A stretch of DNA of 54,848 nucleotides, counting the filler, from Trypethelium eluteriae (taxonomy: Eukaryota): assembly GCA_051942245.1 (NCBI GenBank). It is 2 parts of 2 records of this genome, joined end to end, with 100 filler letters (N's around TTAATTAATTAA, not from the genome) between each part and the next. Parts side by side here need not be neighbours in the genome. Positions count along the whole stretch, not along the records: positions 1 to 27,458 come from JAVECL010000336.1; 1 more part is not named here. One strand, given 5' to 3'. Below, one piece after another: positions 1 through 12,331 of the stretch (position 1 is the stretch's first letter; each line of letters begins with the position of its first letter). The translations under genes and the position numbers were made by a program. Under the pieces are notes generated by a model that made no database searches, was not told the DNA's origin, and saw only the letters and a list, made by a program, of their open reading frames with translations.

Positions 1-165
1 GGAGCGGGGGGGGAGGACGGCGAGTGTGCCGGCAGCTTGGGTGAGGGAGGTGTGAGGGATGGTTTTGGGGTTGCGAAGTTGAGGGAGGAGGCTGTTGGGG
101 AGAGACTGATGGTGAGTATTGAGTGTGTTTGTGCGAGCAAAGCGCATGTTGTGCGTTTGGAGCAT
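1..165 (-). CDS. Possible 5' end of a gene running off the window (hypothetical protein)
   Basis: Open frame from ATG at 165 (MLQTHNMRFARTNTLNTHHQSLPNSLLPQLRNPKTIPHTSLTQAAGTLAVLPPRS) to the window edge. No recognisable domain. Confidence 0.3.
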   Translation of the reverse strand, partial: MLQTHNMRFARTNTLNTHHQSLPNSLLPQLRNPKTIPHTSLTQAAGTLAVLPPRS

Positions 166-670
166 TGCTGATTTCGGAGAGCTGAGTTTAGAGATAGGAG
201 AATCAGTATATGATTAGATCACGTGGAGTTCGATGGCGATTCTCGATGGAATGGATCGGAGAATTGAGGACTTGCTGCAGGGAGACTGTTAGCATTGTTG
301 CATGGTCTTAAAGGACAGGCATTATGAAGTCAGTACATATATATACACTATGCCAACGACCAAGTCTTTTTCTGAAGCACTCTTCCCGAGTGTCTCTTAC
401 GCTGGAATAGAGCTTGATTCGTATGTTAATCGATGTTTCAACGTAGCAAAGCATCGGGGTCGAGGAATTGATAGAGATTGCAGGTCGAGTAGCCCGCTAG
501 TATATAAGCATATCGAGAGTCTTCATTCCAGGAAATGGTTCCCCAGTGGCGATCTATTCATCCATACGCTGAAGAGATCCCGGTAATAGTCAGCACTATC
601 CTCCTGTCTCGTGGCGAGTAGTTTTCTCCTCTTGTACCTGAAACCAATTTGCTCCTGTCCTGATGTAGAG

Positions 671-1123
671 TCATGCGGTTAGCTTCCCCATCTGATAGCT
701 CATGGACTTCCACCCACGCTTCCATCCCGCTGGCGCTCCCATTCCTGACCGATCTATTTCTTCATCCGCATCTAAGTCACGAACCCAACCCAGTGCTCCA
801 TCAAGTACGTCGAGTCTTCTTTCCAAGACCAAGGCCAACAACATCTCCGGTGCCATTGCAGCACCTATCCTCATCATGGCGAACAAGTACAGCGTGGTCA
901 TTCGGTTATGCCAGAGCACCGAACACAATGCCATGGTATACGGGTTCATGTTGAAAACTGCCATAAGCGTTGATACTACGGTGATTTCAATTCGGCTAAT
1001 AGATAGAATCGGCGTGTCAGCGCCAAGTTCATAATGCAAAATGAGACTACTGATGCGGTTGGCAGTCTGCTAGTCCTGAGTCAACCAGTGGTAGTTGGCG
1101 AGATGCGTAGCAGCGGTCAAGTA
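671..1123 (-). pseudogene. Decayed C-terminal fragment paralogous to the membrane protein at 19842-22255
   Basis: The translation AATHLANYHWLTQD*QTANRISSLILHYELGADTPILSISR...FAMMRIGAAMA...LDVLDGALGWVRD aligns with AAAFLANQAWLIQ...FDLGADTPIAVIAR...FAMMQIGAAMS...LRVLDEAPGWVGD. In-frame TAG at 1070-1072, and no intact 5' part is seen. Confidence 0.75.
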
Positions 1124-1548
1124 CTTTTGCGTCCCGTATTGAGAGTCTTGGGTCGATCGACGAATATGATTTCCTATCATCACGTCGGTATTCTTGCTTC
1201 CGAGCTAGAAGGGAATAATACGCGAATCTACGAGCGTACGACAAGAGATTTCAGATCCTTCACTGTCGTTAAGGACGAGACCGATAAGAGGCGGGATTCT
1301 AAAATCTGCCTCGGTGAGCATCTCGTTGAAAGCATGTGCATCTGAAAGATTCTGGATCGGATCTGCCCGAGCAGGCTGGTCTAACTCCAGATGGTGTGTG
1401 TTTCAACTATCCTTTGCTGGGTGGTTTCCCTAATAAAATACATCTCCATGACTAAATTCAATGATCGAATTGCTTTTAGTGTCGCAAAATTCTCTTAAGT
1501 TGCTAAGATGATCTGGTCTGCCACCTAATCTCGATATGTAGCTGGCAT

Positions 1549-2506
1549 TCATTGTGGCTTTCTCGCTGTTGTGACTACGAAGGGAAAATATCGTTCATGA
1601 CGGGTTGCTTCTAGTTTACCTATAAATTCGTCCTGGAATATCTTGATCTCTTCATCGCCATATTCTGTACCCTGCAGCATTCTTTTCATCACATTTTGAT
1701 GCAATAGTGATTCGGTTAACTCATTGTTATAACCCATACGGAAGGTTTCAGGGTTTGTGTCAACCATCCATCGCGTTGCTGGAATCTTAAAATGGTGCTG
1801 CTTGATATCCGTGAATTTCAAGTCATGAGCATAGTCAGCAATCGTATTACCACAGTCCATATCGAATCCTTTTCGTTTTGCAACGGCCTTGAACACTTGT
1901 AGGCTCTGCCAGTCCTCGTCAATAGGCTCGTCGCGAGCATTATAATATCGATGGACGTAGTCGCCAAATTCACATGCGGCACCGGGCTTGAGTAGCGATG
2001 CGACCACGTTCATGTACCTGACCCACTCGTCCATAGCAAAAAGGAAAAGCCGATGGCAGACGAAATCGAAGGATTCCGACTGAAAGCGCTCATCGCGACC
2101 CGCGAGATCGAAAATGTTACCCTCGACGAACTCCACATTCGGCGGCCATCCGACGTCCTTCCTTAGCGTCCGCAATGAGATGTCAACTCCAAAGACCCGG
2201 GCGGAGGGAAATGCGGAGGCTAGACCAAGGGCTACTGCCCCAGTCCCACATCCAATATCCACAACACGAGCGTGCGGTGGGAGATGAAGGTCCGAGAGAA
2301 TGATTCGACCGCCGACTAAGTCCGTCAATGCCTCGGCCTGGTATTGAAGTCGTGCTTGTTCGGGTGCACTGACCGCCTTTAGCTCATGGGTAGCATACAG
2401 AAGAAAAAGGCAAAAGAAAAAAAATATTTGCTCACTCGTTCGGCAGCAAATATGCAGCGGCCGTTTGATGGTACGAAGGCAAATAACCTTCTGGCGGATT
2501 AGCCAT
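1549..2506 (-). CDS. Class I SAM-dependent methyltransferase, LaeA-like family (2 exons: 2506-2436, 2368-1549)
   Basis: Spliced N-terminus YLLPND-APEQARL, motif I VVDIGCGTG, GVDIS, FDFVCHR and LLKPG. GTGAGC...CAG intron at 2369-2435. Confidence 0.9.
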
Positions 2507-3148
2507 GGTAGTTTATGGCATCAAGGTTCTGACATGATACGGGCAATATTTAAGAGCATCCACTATGGTCTCATAGGCTTTAAATCTTGTCAGATGCAGA
2601 AAGACCCACATTTCTTGCTGGGTAAATGCAAGCAGCCCAAAAGAACTGAGGCTTGCATTTGAGGAGTGCTTAGGTACGTAATGTAGGTCAACCGGGCTAG
2701 GCACCTAAGCTAACTACCTTATGCGTCTCTCATGCCGCAATAAGCAATTATGCCGCACCCTCGAAGAGTTGGTACGATCGCAGTCTACGGTGCAATGGCG
2801 TCATACGATAATTATGCTCATCAAGACTGACAGGACTGATTTACCACTGCTGAAGCTGTAAATCACGCGCAGCATCTTATTTTGCCTTTGCTATTCGTGC
2901 GAAAAGCTGAAAACAGAGCGTGCAAGTGCAATCCGGTCATGTAGGTGACTATCGACCTATTCCACAAAAACGCATATTCAGCTTGTGCCTGGCCGATGCA
3001 TACATTTGAATCGTTCCCGACCCAAAATTTTGTGACCTTTTAAACATAAGTCGTTTGTGCGAGCAGCCAGTGATGCCACATAAGCACGGAATGACCTGCT
3101 TTACTGAAGAGTAAACAGACGCACCCTATCTCATGCACATATTACCGA

Positions 3149-4544
3149 TTACACCAATTCGGAGTCTCTCTCGAGAGCGCGAACTGAATGTTCCGAACCG
3201 TGTTCGTCCGAGCCATTCGTTGCGGCTTGAGGAGATCCACGGTGGATTGTAAAATCCTTAGTAATGGCAATACTCGGGTAGGCAGGAAGCATGCGCTCAA
3301 TGCTATCTCGAGGCTCAACCCTCCCGATGGTGGATGTCAGGCCGGTCGAGCCTTTGCCGGCGCTGTACTCAGATAGCCTTACATCGTTGGTACGTGATCG
3401 CGATTTTGAATATTTATGGGAACCGGTCTGCTCGCGCCTGAGTCCTTTCAAGAACAATGGCCGCAGTGGTGGGATGCTTCCAACAAGGATAATGAGCCAA
3501 AATTCCACCCTGCAAACGGTCAGCTATGGCCACAACATACCATCCAGGTCAATTGACTCACATAGACCAAATTAGCAAAGGGCTAGTGGCATCTGCGTGG
3601 AATTAGGGACAAGATAGCTCGGCGGTCTTGGATGAAGTAACTCACAAGTTTTATCAGCGGCAGTTCGAATCGTCAAGACGTTCACTGTTTTGATAATGGC
3701 TGCGATTGAAGCCCTTTTCTCCCGTTAGTCTCATCGCCCGGGCGGTCTTGATGCAAGTACACTGCTTACACCACACCGCCTAGAAATAGCCCCCAGAGCG
3801 ATAGTTTCTTTTTCCAGCTCATGTTAAGGTCCCAAAAAATGAACAACGGGTAAATGGCAAGAGCAAGGTCGCTGGCGGCCGAGAATGCTGCAGTATATCT
3901 TGTGAGCAGCGCCATCGTTCTAAAGGTCATCTGAAGTGTACGTACAGCCCACGAATACGCCGATGGAAGTGCCCGTATGGAGTAAGCGGCAATTTCCTGG
4001 GACACCTTCATCCCATAATTTTCGAGGGGGATCACACTGTTGGTAGATCATGATGCACTGAAGGATGTCAAAGATCATGTTCGACCATGCAATGACGTGC
4101 AGAACCAAGCTCTTCCTGAAATTCGTACGGCCTTGCAGTTGAAGGATGAATGCCACAATGGCCAGTTTGCCCGTGCCGGGTGCGATGACACCCAGCGGCA
4201 ATCCGATCCATTGCCACCTGCCAGCATTGACAATGTCTTGCTTGTTCAGAACATCGCTGTGGTTGCCGACACCCCAGGAGGCGGAAATCGTGAAGAAACA
4301 GGCGTTCACAGTGGCAAGGATCTGTGTACCGTCTTTGAGTGATATTTTTCCCAGGATCCGTAACGTGGAACCTACTTACGTATGTAATAACGGCCCAATG
4401 GAAGTCCCATCGTAGACGCCGCGTGATGAACCACCCAGTGTAGAAGCGGAGTGCCATGACAACGGTAGCAACGACAAAAAATGCCCAAGCAACACCGACG
4501 ACTTGCGGACCGCGACCGCCATAACGCGGGGAACTCACGTCCAT
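3149..4544 (-). CDS. PTH11-like integral membrane protein (fungal rhodopsin domain, no CFEM), about 6 exons
   Basis: Family-typical segments VMALRFY...RLRWD, KLAIVAFILQL, QCDPPRKLWD...GNC, SDLALAIYP...LNMSWKKK and VEFWLIILVGSIPPLRPLF, separated by short GT-AG introns. Confidence 0.9.
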
Positions 4545-4674
4545 GGCCTCTCGTTATTGGGTCAAGCCGGACTGAATCATGTAAATCATCTTTTAGAGTT
4601 TTCGTAAGAGACGTGCAGGATGAATGGATGCAGACGGAGAGAGATAGCGTAAAAGATTAAGTATGACCAGGTTC

Positions 4675-5550
4675 CACTCCAATTTTCAGACCTACTAGAT
4701 CCATGTGGGCAAGCATGAATTGACAGAAGCGAAGAGGAAAAACAAACAAAATTATGCTGAAATTGTGGCCAATGGCGGTTGCTTTACGCTCCGCAAAGGC
4801 ACCTACGCCCATTCTACAGTAGATGAACGGTTCAGCAGCTACCCCAAACATGGATAGCCTCCATAATGTCGGACACTCCGACCAACATGATGACTACAGC
4901 ATCATACCCCATCCCGCCATCTACGACGTACATTAGCGCATACTCATGTAAGATTGAGCGACTACTGCTTGACAAGGGAAAGGCCTTGTATCCTACGCAG
5001 GACTCTCCAACCAATATATGTGTAGAATCTTGCTTGGGTTCCCCTGTCAGGTTAGACACGCGGTCTAGAGGAAGGCAGAGGCGGAGGATGCGGGAGAAGG
5101 CTGTAGAACCAGTGCCGATCTCACAGATGTGCGGAGTTCGCATTCCAGAAAGGCTCGGGGGTGAGCTTCAAGCTGGCTCCAGAGGCGCAAATTGTCACCG
5201 TTCTGCCTCAGGTTCCAGTCTTTCAGCTGATCAGATCTGGTAATTGATCGCGGATCAGCAGGTTCTCACCAGTAGTAGCTGGTGAAATGGGATGCATCCA
5301 AGACGGAATGTTACGCGAGCAAGGACGATGCAGCATGCAGCACACACGTAAGAGGCGTGCGACATAGGCTCAATACAGGAATCCCCAAAGTCTCCACAAC
5401 TCGGCGATGGAAGGAGTAGCGTGAGCGGGTGAGTAGTACCGCGAATAAGACTCTGCTCTTCTACTGATTTTCGGAGGCGGAGCCTGATCCCTAGCGCTTG
5501 TCCCGAAAAAGCAATTCCTTGACGTGGTTGGATTAGGTAAGGTACAGAGG
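4675..5550. repeat. Degenerate sequence (probable pseudogene of unknown family), copy 1, homologous to 11825-12265
   Basis: 62/80 identities by hand count between 4761-4840 and 11911-11990. A second homologous block lies at about 5262-5550 vs about 12028-12265. No long intact ORF. Confidence 0.8.
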
Positions 5551-6205
5551 ATACCTCCAGAGCTTCCCGAAGACAACGCCAAACATGATACGCACTTGAC
5601 ACTATAGCACGCTTCTAGCCTTCCCTTGGTAGCTTTTGAATCAAAAATTCCCTATCGAATCATTTACCAGTCTGTTGAAGGTAATGCAAGCAGAACGGGC
5701 AGCTTCCTACGCTACTCTCCTCATTCTCTCATTCCATGGGTCTTCGCCGCTCCCTAATCTCATCGTCTCCACCAGCTGCGCAGATTGGCAGGGGAAGACA
5801 GAACAGAGCAGGGTAGCTGTGCTACACAAGCCTGTCAACGGCATAGTGGGGGCCAAGTCGCCATCACCAACGGGACTACATGGCCTTGCACCGGCTCATT
5901 GGTATGATCCAATTTACCGCATGTACGCCTGTAGACACATCGATGATCCGCAGGACGATCGCCTTGTCGCCCTGTAGCCCTGCCACCATGGGGGACAGAA
6001 GTCTCCGTGCCACTTCGACGAGGGCGAACCCCCTGAAAACCATTCTAGGTGGCACAGATGCTTTTGTCCACCATGGTGCTGCTGTCCTTCAAAAATTTCC
6101 TCATAATCTTATCTCCCTTTCGGATAGTCTACATGCTCTTGCATATTTCCCCAACAATCAAGTCCCAACTCATTGTCTGTCAGACATTGAGTAGTAGCCC
6201 TGGCA

Positions 6206-7924
6206 ATGTCTGACCCCGGCTCTAAGCAGATAACGATTCTAAGCAGCGATTCAATTGAGAAGAATCTACAGATTGACAGTCCTACGCTTGTGGACGTGGT
6301 GGACGAGGAAGATAATGCCACCGCTGGTTATGTTCTCGACCCTAAGGCCTACCCTAATCACGCTGCGGGCCTGCATTTGACGCCGGACGGATCCAAAGTG
6401 CTAATACCGCAACCAACGACTAATCCTAATGATCCACTCTTGTGGCCATCATGGCGGAAGAACCTGGTCTTACTAGTCGTCTGCATCTGTGCCTTCCCTC
6501 CGGACTATAGCTCGGCAATGGCTGCAGTGACCATGATTGTGCAGTCTCGGTGAGTCCAAGTTCACCATACGCATCTATCACACGCATCAGCCTCATGTCA
6601 AGATATCCCCATTGACTCTTTCTTGATCTCAGACAATGGCATGTTCCCGAAAGCCAGGGAGAGTTGTTCATAACTTGGGGCCTTCTGCCGCTCGCTATCT
6701 CTGGCTTCTACATCATCACGTTCTCCAACTATTTCGGTCGTCTTCCGACTCTGTTCTTCTTCCAATGTGTGACCATTGGGACTGCAGCATGGGAAGCCAC
6801 GGCCACGTCGTACAATTCTTTCCTGGGCGCACGCGTAGTGAACGGTCTCTTTACGGGTGCTGGCCAAGCGCAAGCTCTCCTCTGGATCAAGGATATGTAC
6901 TATTTCCATGAGCATCCCCGTATAATCAATATTGCCGAAAGTGGCATCATGGTATCCCCTTATATAGGGCCTCAATTGACGGCGTTTATCGTCTACTACG
7001 TTGGCTGGCGATGGGCGTACTGGCTCTATCTGATCATTGTGAGCATTGGTGCACTATTCATCGTCCTCTTTGGAGAAGAGACCATGTATGATCGAAGGCG
7101 CCCTCCGAGCGAGCAGTTTCCACGACGAAATCGATTACTACGAGTGCTCGGCATCGAACAAGCTCGTACTATCCGACAGCGAAGCTTCTGGAAGGCAGTC
7201 ATTCGACCTTGGATCGCGCTGGAGAAAATTCCTGTACTGCTCATTACTACGTACTACATGCTCTTTTTCTGCTGGTCTATCAGCGTCAACGTCACGATCT
7301 CTGTGTTCCTTACCGAATACTACCAATTTAACCGACAAAGGCATCGGTGTGTCTCTTCTCCCACAATTCCCGCATCTCCCTATGTACTGACCGCGCATTG
7401 TAGGCTTCTTCTACTTCTTCGGTATCACAGGCTGCTTTCTCGGCTGGCTCTCAGGCCACTGGCTACACGACGCCTTTGGGCGCTGGTACGCTGCACGCCA
7501 TAACGGGCGCATCGCCCCGGAAGCACGACTGACCATTATTTACATCGCGACCGTGTTGATGGCCGTGGCTTTGGTAATTATTGGACTCTGCGTACAATTT
7601 CGATGGCATTACATGGTACTTGCAGTCTTCTGCACAATGGAGGCCGGCGCAACGCTGATTGCAACCACGGCTGTGCATGCGTACTTCCTCGATGCCTACC
7701 CGGAGGCCTCCGGGGAAGTCGGTCAGTTGGGCGCCCTTGGTCGTGGCCTAGGCGGTTTCATGTCCACATATATTCAGCTTCCGTGGCTTGCGAAGCAGGG
7801 CCCTGCTCGCGTTTACGGCACTCAGGCTGGCGTGGTGGTGGCAGCGGCAGGTATTGTAACATTTCTGCGATTCTATGGACAGCGCATTAGGATTGCGCAA
7901 GGCCGTGTCTATTTTAAGGACTAG
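6206..7924 (+). CDS. Major facilitator superfamily transporter (3 exons; possible 1-bp frameshift near 7330)
   Basis: LIPQPTTNPNDPLLWPSWRK N-terminal motif, YFGRLP, FLGARVVNG, WRWAYW, EETMYDR, PEARL and AYFLDAYP. Introns at about 6550-6632 and about 7347-7403. Confidence 0.88.
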
Positions 7925-8179
7925 ATCCAGAGTGGAGGCTGGTCTTCAAACACATCACTTGTGTGTCTAATGTCCCTTCGAGAAATCTCCCTTTTGATGC
8001 ACCAGTGGTGTAGCTACAATGTTAAGGAATTGTCACTGAGATCTGAAAATATGTTGTGTAGCTCGATATGAGAAGTAGCAACGCCATACGCAAGAGATTT
8101 AAATAGATAATGAAAACGTCACAAGCAGACTCAAGAAGTACAACTACCTTTGAATCGATCAATCATATGTACCATGTTC

Positions 8180-9551
8180 TCATTGCATTACAATTTGGAT
8201 AACTGATAGTAGAGATCCTGGTGAATTCCTGATTTCCAACACACGTAGTCGGGGGTCTACGTTTGCAATGAGAGCTCTCCAGTCCTCACTATCTCGTTCC
8301 GTGCCACTAAACGATTGAGTCATCCTCAAGTCATAGGACCTAGAGACGAAGATCAGAGATAGTATGAGTTTGATACTGATCAGCGACTTTTTACCTAATA
8401 TGTTGCTCTTGAGACATCGAAGCAGTCCCCGGATCAGGAAGACACATTTCGTTCAATATGATACTTGATCCTGTGCTAAGAGCAGATACTTGATTTCTCA
8501 AAATTTCAATGGCCTTGTGATCAGGCCAATCATGTAGAATTGATCGGAAGAAATACACATCAGCACCTTTGACCTTTTGCTCGGTGAAGAAGTCGTATTC
8601 CATAAGTTCAAGCTTGGATTGGAGAGACTCTGGGATTTCTGCTCCTCGAAGGACCTCAGGTAGGTCTTGTACTACAACCTTAGTGATCTGGGGGAAGTTT
8701 GTAAGTAAAATTTGCCCAATAGCGCCCTGAGATCCACCAATATCAACGACAGTTCTTGGACATGACTCTGCAGTCCATGGTAAGTCTTGTACTAGATGTA
8801 CAGGGAGGAGCGTTGGGGTTGAGTTGAGCGCTGTCATTGCAGAAGCGAAACGAGCAGCTCGAACTGGATTTGTACCTATCGCTTCAAAAAGAGAGGTTTC
8901 AACGTTATTAGCCATAGCCCATCCAGTATGTGCAGGATCATCATCACCTCTCCATTTCTCCAAAGCTGAGACATAATGGACACTTGCTGGTATCATCTCC
9001 TCACATACCAAGCCGATCCAGGAATCGTAGTCAGGGTTCTCTTTGATTAGACGCGAAATGGCGCTGTGAGAGACGGCGTTTTTGGTCGGCTCTTTGAAGA
9101 TGTGATACGAAATTGCTAGACGTAAAAGGCGCCGTAAGTGTGTAGTTTTAATACCGCATCGATCCGCAAGTTCTCCATACGATATCTCTTCGTCAAGCTC
9201 GAGCTTCTCAGCGATATGGAATCGATGGATTGCTTGGAGACAGCTGTAAATTAAAACCTTGTGCTCCGGTTAAGAGTTGGAATCTCCTCAGGAAGCTTTT
9301 GCTTATACCGTAGGATCAAGTAATCGCATAAAATATGATGAAGGGCCCAACAGTAACGCGTGAAGTTCCTCCGTGGCTTCTATCGCTTCCTCTCGAACTG
9401 TTTGTAGAGAATGAGGCAAAGGGACTTCCCATTCAGAAGCAATATCAAAGGATGTCCATTTCAAAGAATTTTCTTGCACATGTTGATGAAGTCGCGAAAC
9501 CTTAGAATGCAGTTCATTTGTAAGTTTCAGAAGTTCAGCGGACGACGTCAT
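8180..9551 (-). CDS. Fungal O-methyltransferase (Methyltransf_2 family), 3 exons
   Basis: Winged-helix region ISYGELADRCG...LRRLLR...IFKEP...VSHSAIS, VVDIGGSQG, VVQDLP, YDFFTEQKVKGADVYFFRSILHDWPD, and last exon DLRM...GTERDSEDW ending in TGA at 8180-8182. Confidence 0.92.
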
Positions 9552-11719
9552 CTCCCAAAACCAAATCGAATAAGCTTGTGCGGAACGATTTATTTGGTCT
9601 TTCGAAAGCCAGAAAGGATGAAAATGCTGGCTGCCTGAGGAGTAGGTTTTCTCGTCTCAAGTAGCTAAACATATGAACTACTTAAAAAGAATACCCAATG
9701 AATGGCGTGTGCAATCGGGCACGCTGGATTATCTCCGGTCTAGCAGTCCCAATGAGCGACAGAATGAAGACTACCGTACTTCAAGGAACCTCTGGTTGCC
9801 TGCTGTTTGACCTAGTATTAGGATGATGGTGGTTTTGCAGGACGAAAAGGAAGCGCATGATGATATCATGGGATAGCAATTTAAAGTTTCACATGCATGC
9901 ACGGTACATAATACTTGAGTGGACCTCAGCCTTGCGGTACGGAACGCCCCTCACGCTAAATTACGGCATTTTATGTGTGTACCTCAGGTACCTGCACCTT
10001 ATCACATAGATGAGTGATCTGCAGGAGCGCCACCAACAATTCCTAAGTTCGCGAGTGTAATAAGTGGACCACAACCTTGCAGAACGGCTTTCAGAAGTTC
10101 TCAGCCACGCTGGACATTAATTAGGTGGTGTGTGGTCCCCTACTAAATTCTGCATGGATCCTTGACCACTACCTTCTGCGCATGAAATTGTTTGTCCCGA
10201 GCGAAGACCTCCTTCCCATTTATCTGAGGTCTCGGCCATACCGAACAGTCTAAGGAAGTGTCCATTGACTCACATTTAACATGTTGGTGGCAAGCACTTG
10301 CAAAGCTGACGGTCCAGTCTATCGAGATAGCGTCATCCTCTAATACCCAGTGCTGAACCTCTAAGGACATGATGACGAGAAGAAGCATTGGCTTCACAAG
10401 CAAGTGATGCTCGCGTTTGTATCGCGAGCTCGGTCACTTTTCCTCTGCGAACCTCGAGGCTTTCGGGGCTCGAAGCTTTTTTTTCTTTGTTCTCATTAGT
10501 GCAGCCCCATTTTACTAGAGCATCAGTGGCCGTGGATAAGCTGACTCGTGCTAAGAGATGTTAGTCCTGATGGCGCATCGTCGCGATGCTTGAGCCGATG
10601 ACCACATGAGAAGAAGCCTCCAACTTCTGGACGCTGGACGATTGAGTATCCCGAAGTTTAAAACTCTTCCAAAACATGCTGTTATATCCCCTTCATTGAC
10701 GCGACAGGCTCAGAAATGCGTTTAAGATTTCCAATGTCATGTCTACTTTAAAGCGTCGAAGTCGCCGTACGGAGTGAAAGAAGACGAGTCCAAAGAAGTC
10801 TTAGAGTTCACGACGCCTCCGAGCATCCTAAAATAGTTGCTGGCTCAATTAAAGCCAGGGCTGCCAGATTTGAGGCTGTACAGCAGCAGATAGAGATCAC
10901 CAACCTTAAAAGTAAAGTACAAGAATTTGAGAACTAGCAATGTAAACCAAGCATTAAACTTGACGGAGCCAATTCGAGCTAGTGCGGGCTGCTAGTAACC
11001 ATTTGCAACAATCTTGACGTGATCGAGCTGGGACCTATTTCATTGTCGGTGGCGACGCCGCGACGATTTTGTCTGGCATGAGGATGTTGAATAGAGTACC
11101 GCACTGGCAATTGGGGGGCTACACCGCAAATCAGCAAGAGTTTGCCTTTGACGTTAACAATACCTCTGGCTCAAATTGTTAGCTTAGAATAACAAAGAGC
11201 TGGGCTATCATTTACCATTATGATAGCAGGGGCCGAGACGCGGTGTTTACTTGGGCGAGAGGGTGGAAGGGTTCGATTTGATAGTCTTTAGTCCAGTTCG
11301 TTATGGATTCTCTCTAGGAGCTTTCGCTAGTGCTCATGGCGTCTGAGCAAGATTTAAGTCAAGAGAAAGACTTTACGTACATTTCGAAATCGAAAGCTGG
11401 GGTTTGAACGTGGAAATGGACTCTGTTTTTGTGGTTCAAGCAGTAAAGGAAGTCGCCCAATCGATCTGGGGCTAGTGCATCGGCATCAGACGTTATCATG
11501 ATACGATCGGTATGCAAAATCCAGAGAAGGTGCCACTGCGATTACACCCCCTTTTTTAATACATCTTCTGTTGTTGAACCGGCACGACTAAGGCGAGATA
11601 TTTATTTGAGATAATCGGCAAAAATCCAATGATAAGGTCATTCATGCGCTCCTCGGCAACATCACCTTGCCCATGAAGCAGATAGTTCGTCTCTACCCTT
11701 TGCAATCGTTGAATACCGA

Positions 11720-11810
11720 TGGTGGAAATGATTCGAATCAGGGACTCGCGTACGACAGTCATTATACAGCGCCGGTTCATACGTCAAACCTCCGCCGACA
11801 TCTTCTGCAT
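11720..11810. repeat. Short dispersed repeat, homologous to 17441-17530
   Basis: 58/67 identities by hand count between 11741-11807 and 17464-17530, with weaker similarity extending about 20 nt to the left. Confidence 0.85.
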
Positions 11811-11824
11811 TTATACCCCGGCCC

Positions 11825-12265
11825 CACTCAAATCTGTAGACCTACCAACTGCATACGGGCAAGCGTGAATTAATAGAAGTAAAGAGGATAAACACACAGC
11901 ATTAGGCTAAAGTTTTGGCCAATAGTGGCTGCTTTACGCTTTAGAAAGGCGGCTACGGCCAGTCTTCAGGAGATGGACGGTTCAGCAGGCACCCAAAGCC
12001 ATTAATAGTTTTTGTCGGGTCTCCTTGCTCTCGCCAGTAGCAGCTGGTGAAAAGAAGTGTATTTGAGGCTGAATGTTACACGAGCAAGGACAATGAGGCA
12101 TGCAGCTCCACAACTCGGCAATGTGAGGCGTAGTGAAAGCGGGTGAGTAATATTAAAAATAAAACTCTACTCTTCCACTGATTTTTGGAGACGGAGCCCG
12201 ATATCTAGTGCTAATCCCGAAAAGCAATTCCTTGTCAACGTGGTTGGATATAGCAAGATCCACAG
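11825..12265. repeat. Internally deleted, diverged copy 2 of 4675-5550
   Basis: Colinear matches to about 4675-4850 and about 5262-5550. About 400 nt of copy 1 (about 4850-5260) and a further ~45 nt are absent. Many G>A/C>T differences. Confidence 0.8.
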
Positions 12266-12331
12266 GGCAAGTATTGAGCATGTTCACCCATTCTCTTTTC
12301 CACTTTTAGACATAAGTGGTTAAGAAGTAAA

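Noticed and set aside
2795..2804. ATGGCGTCAT, matching the CYS-3/MetR consensus ATGRYRYCAT, upstream of the methyltransferase
   Set aside because: Single site; roughly one match is expected by chance in 55 kb.
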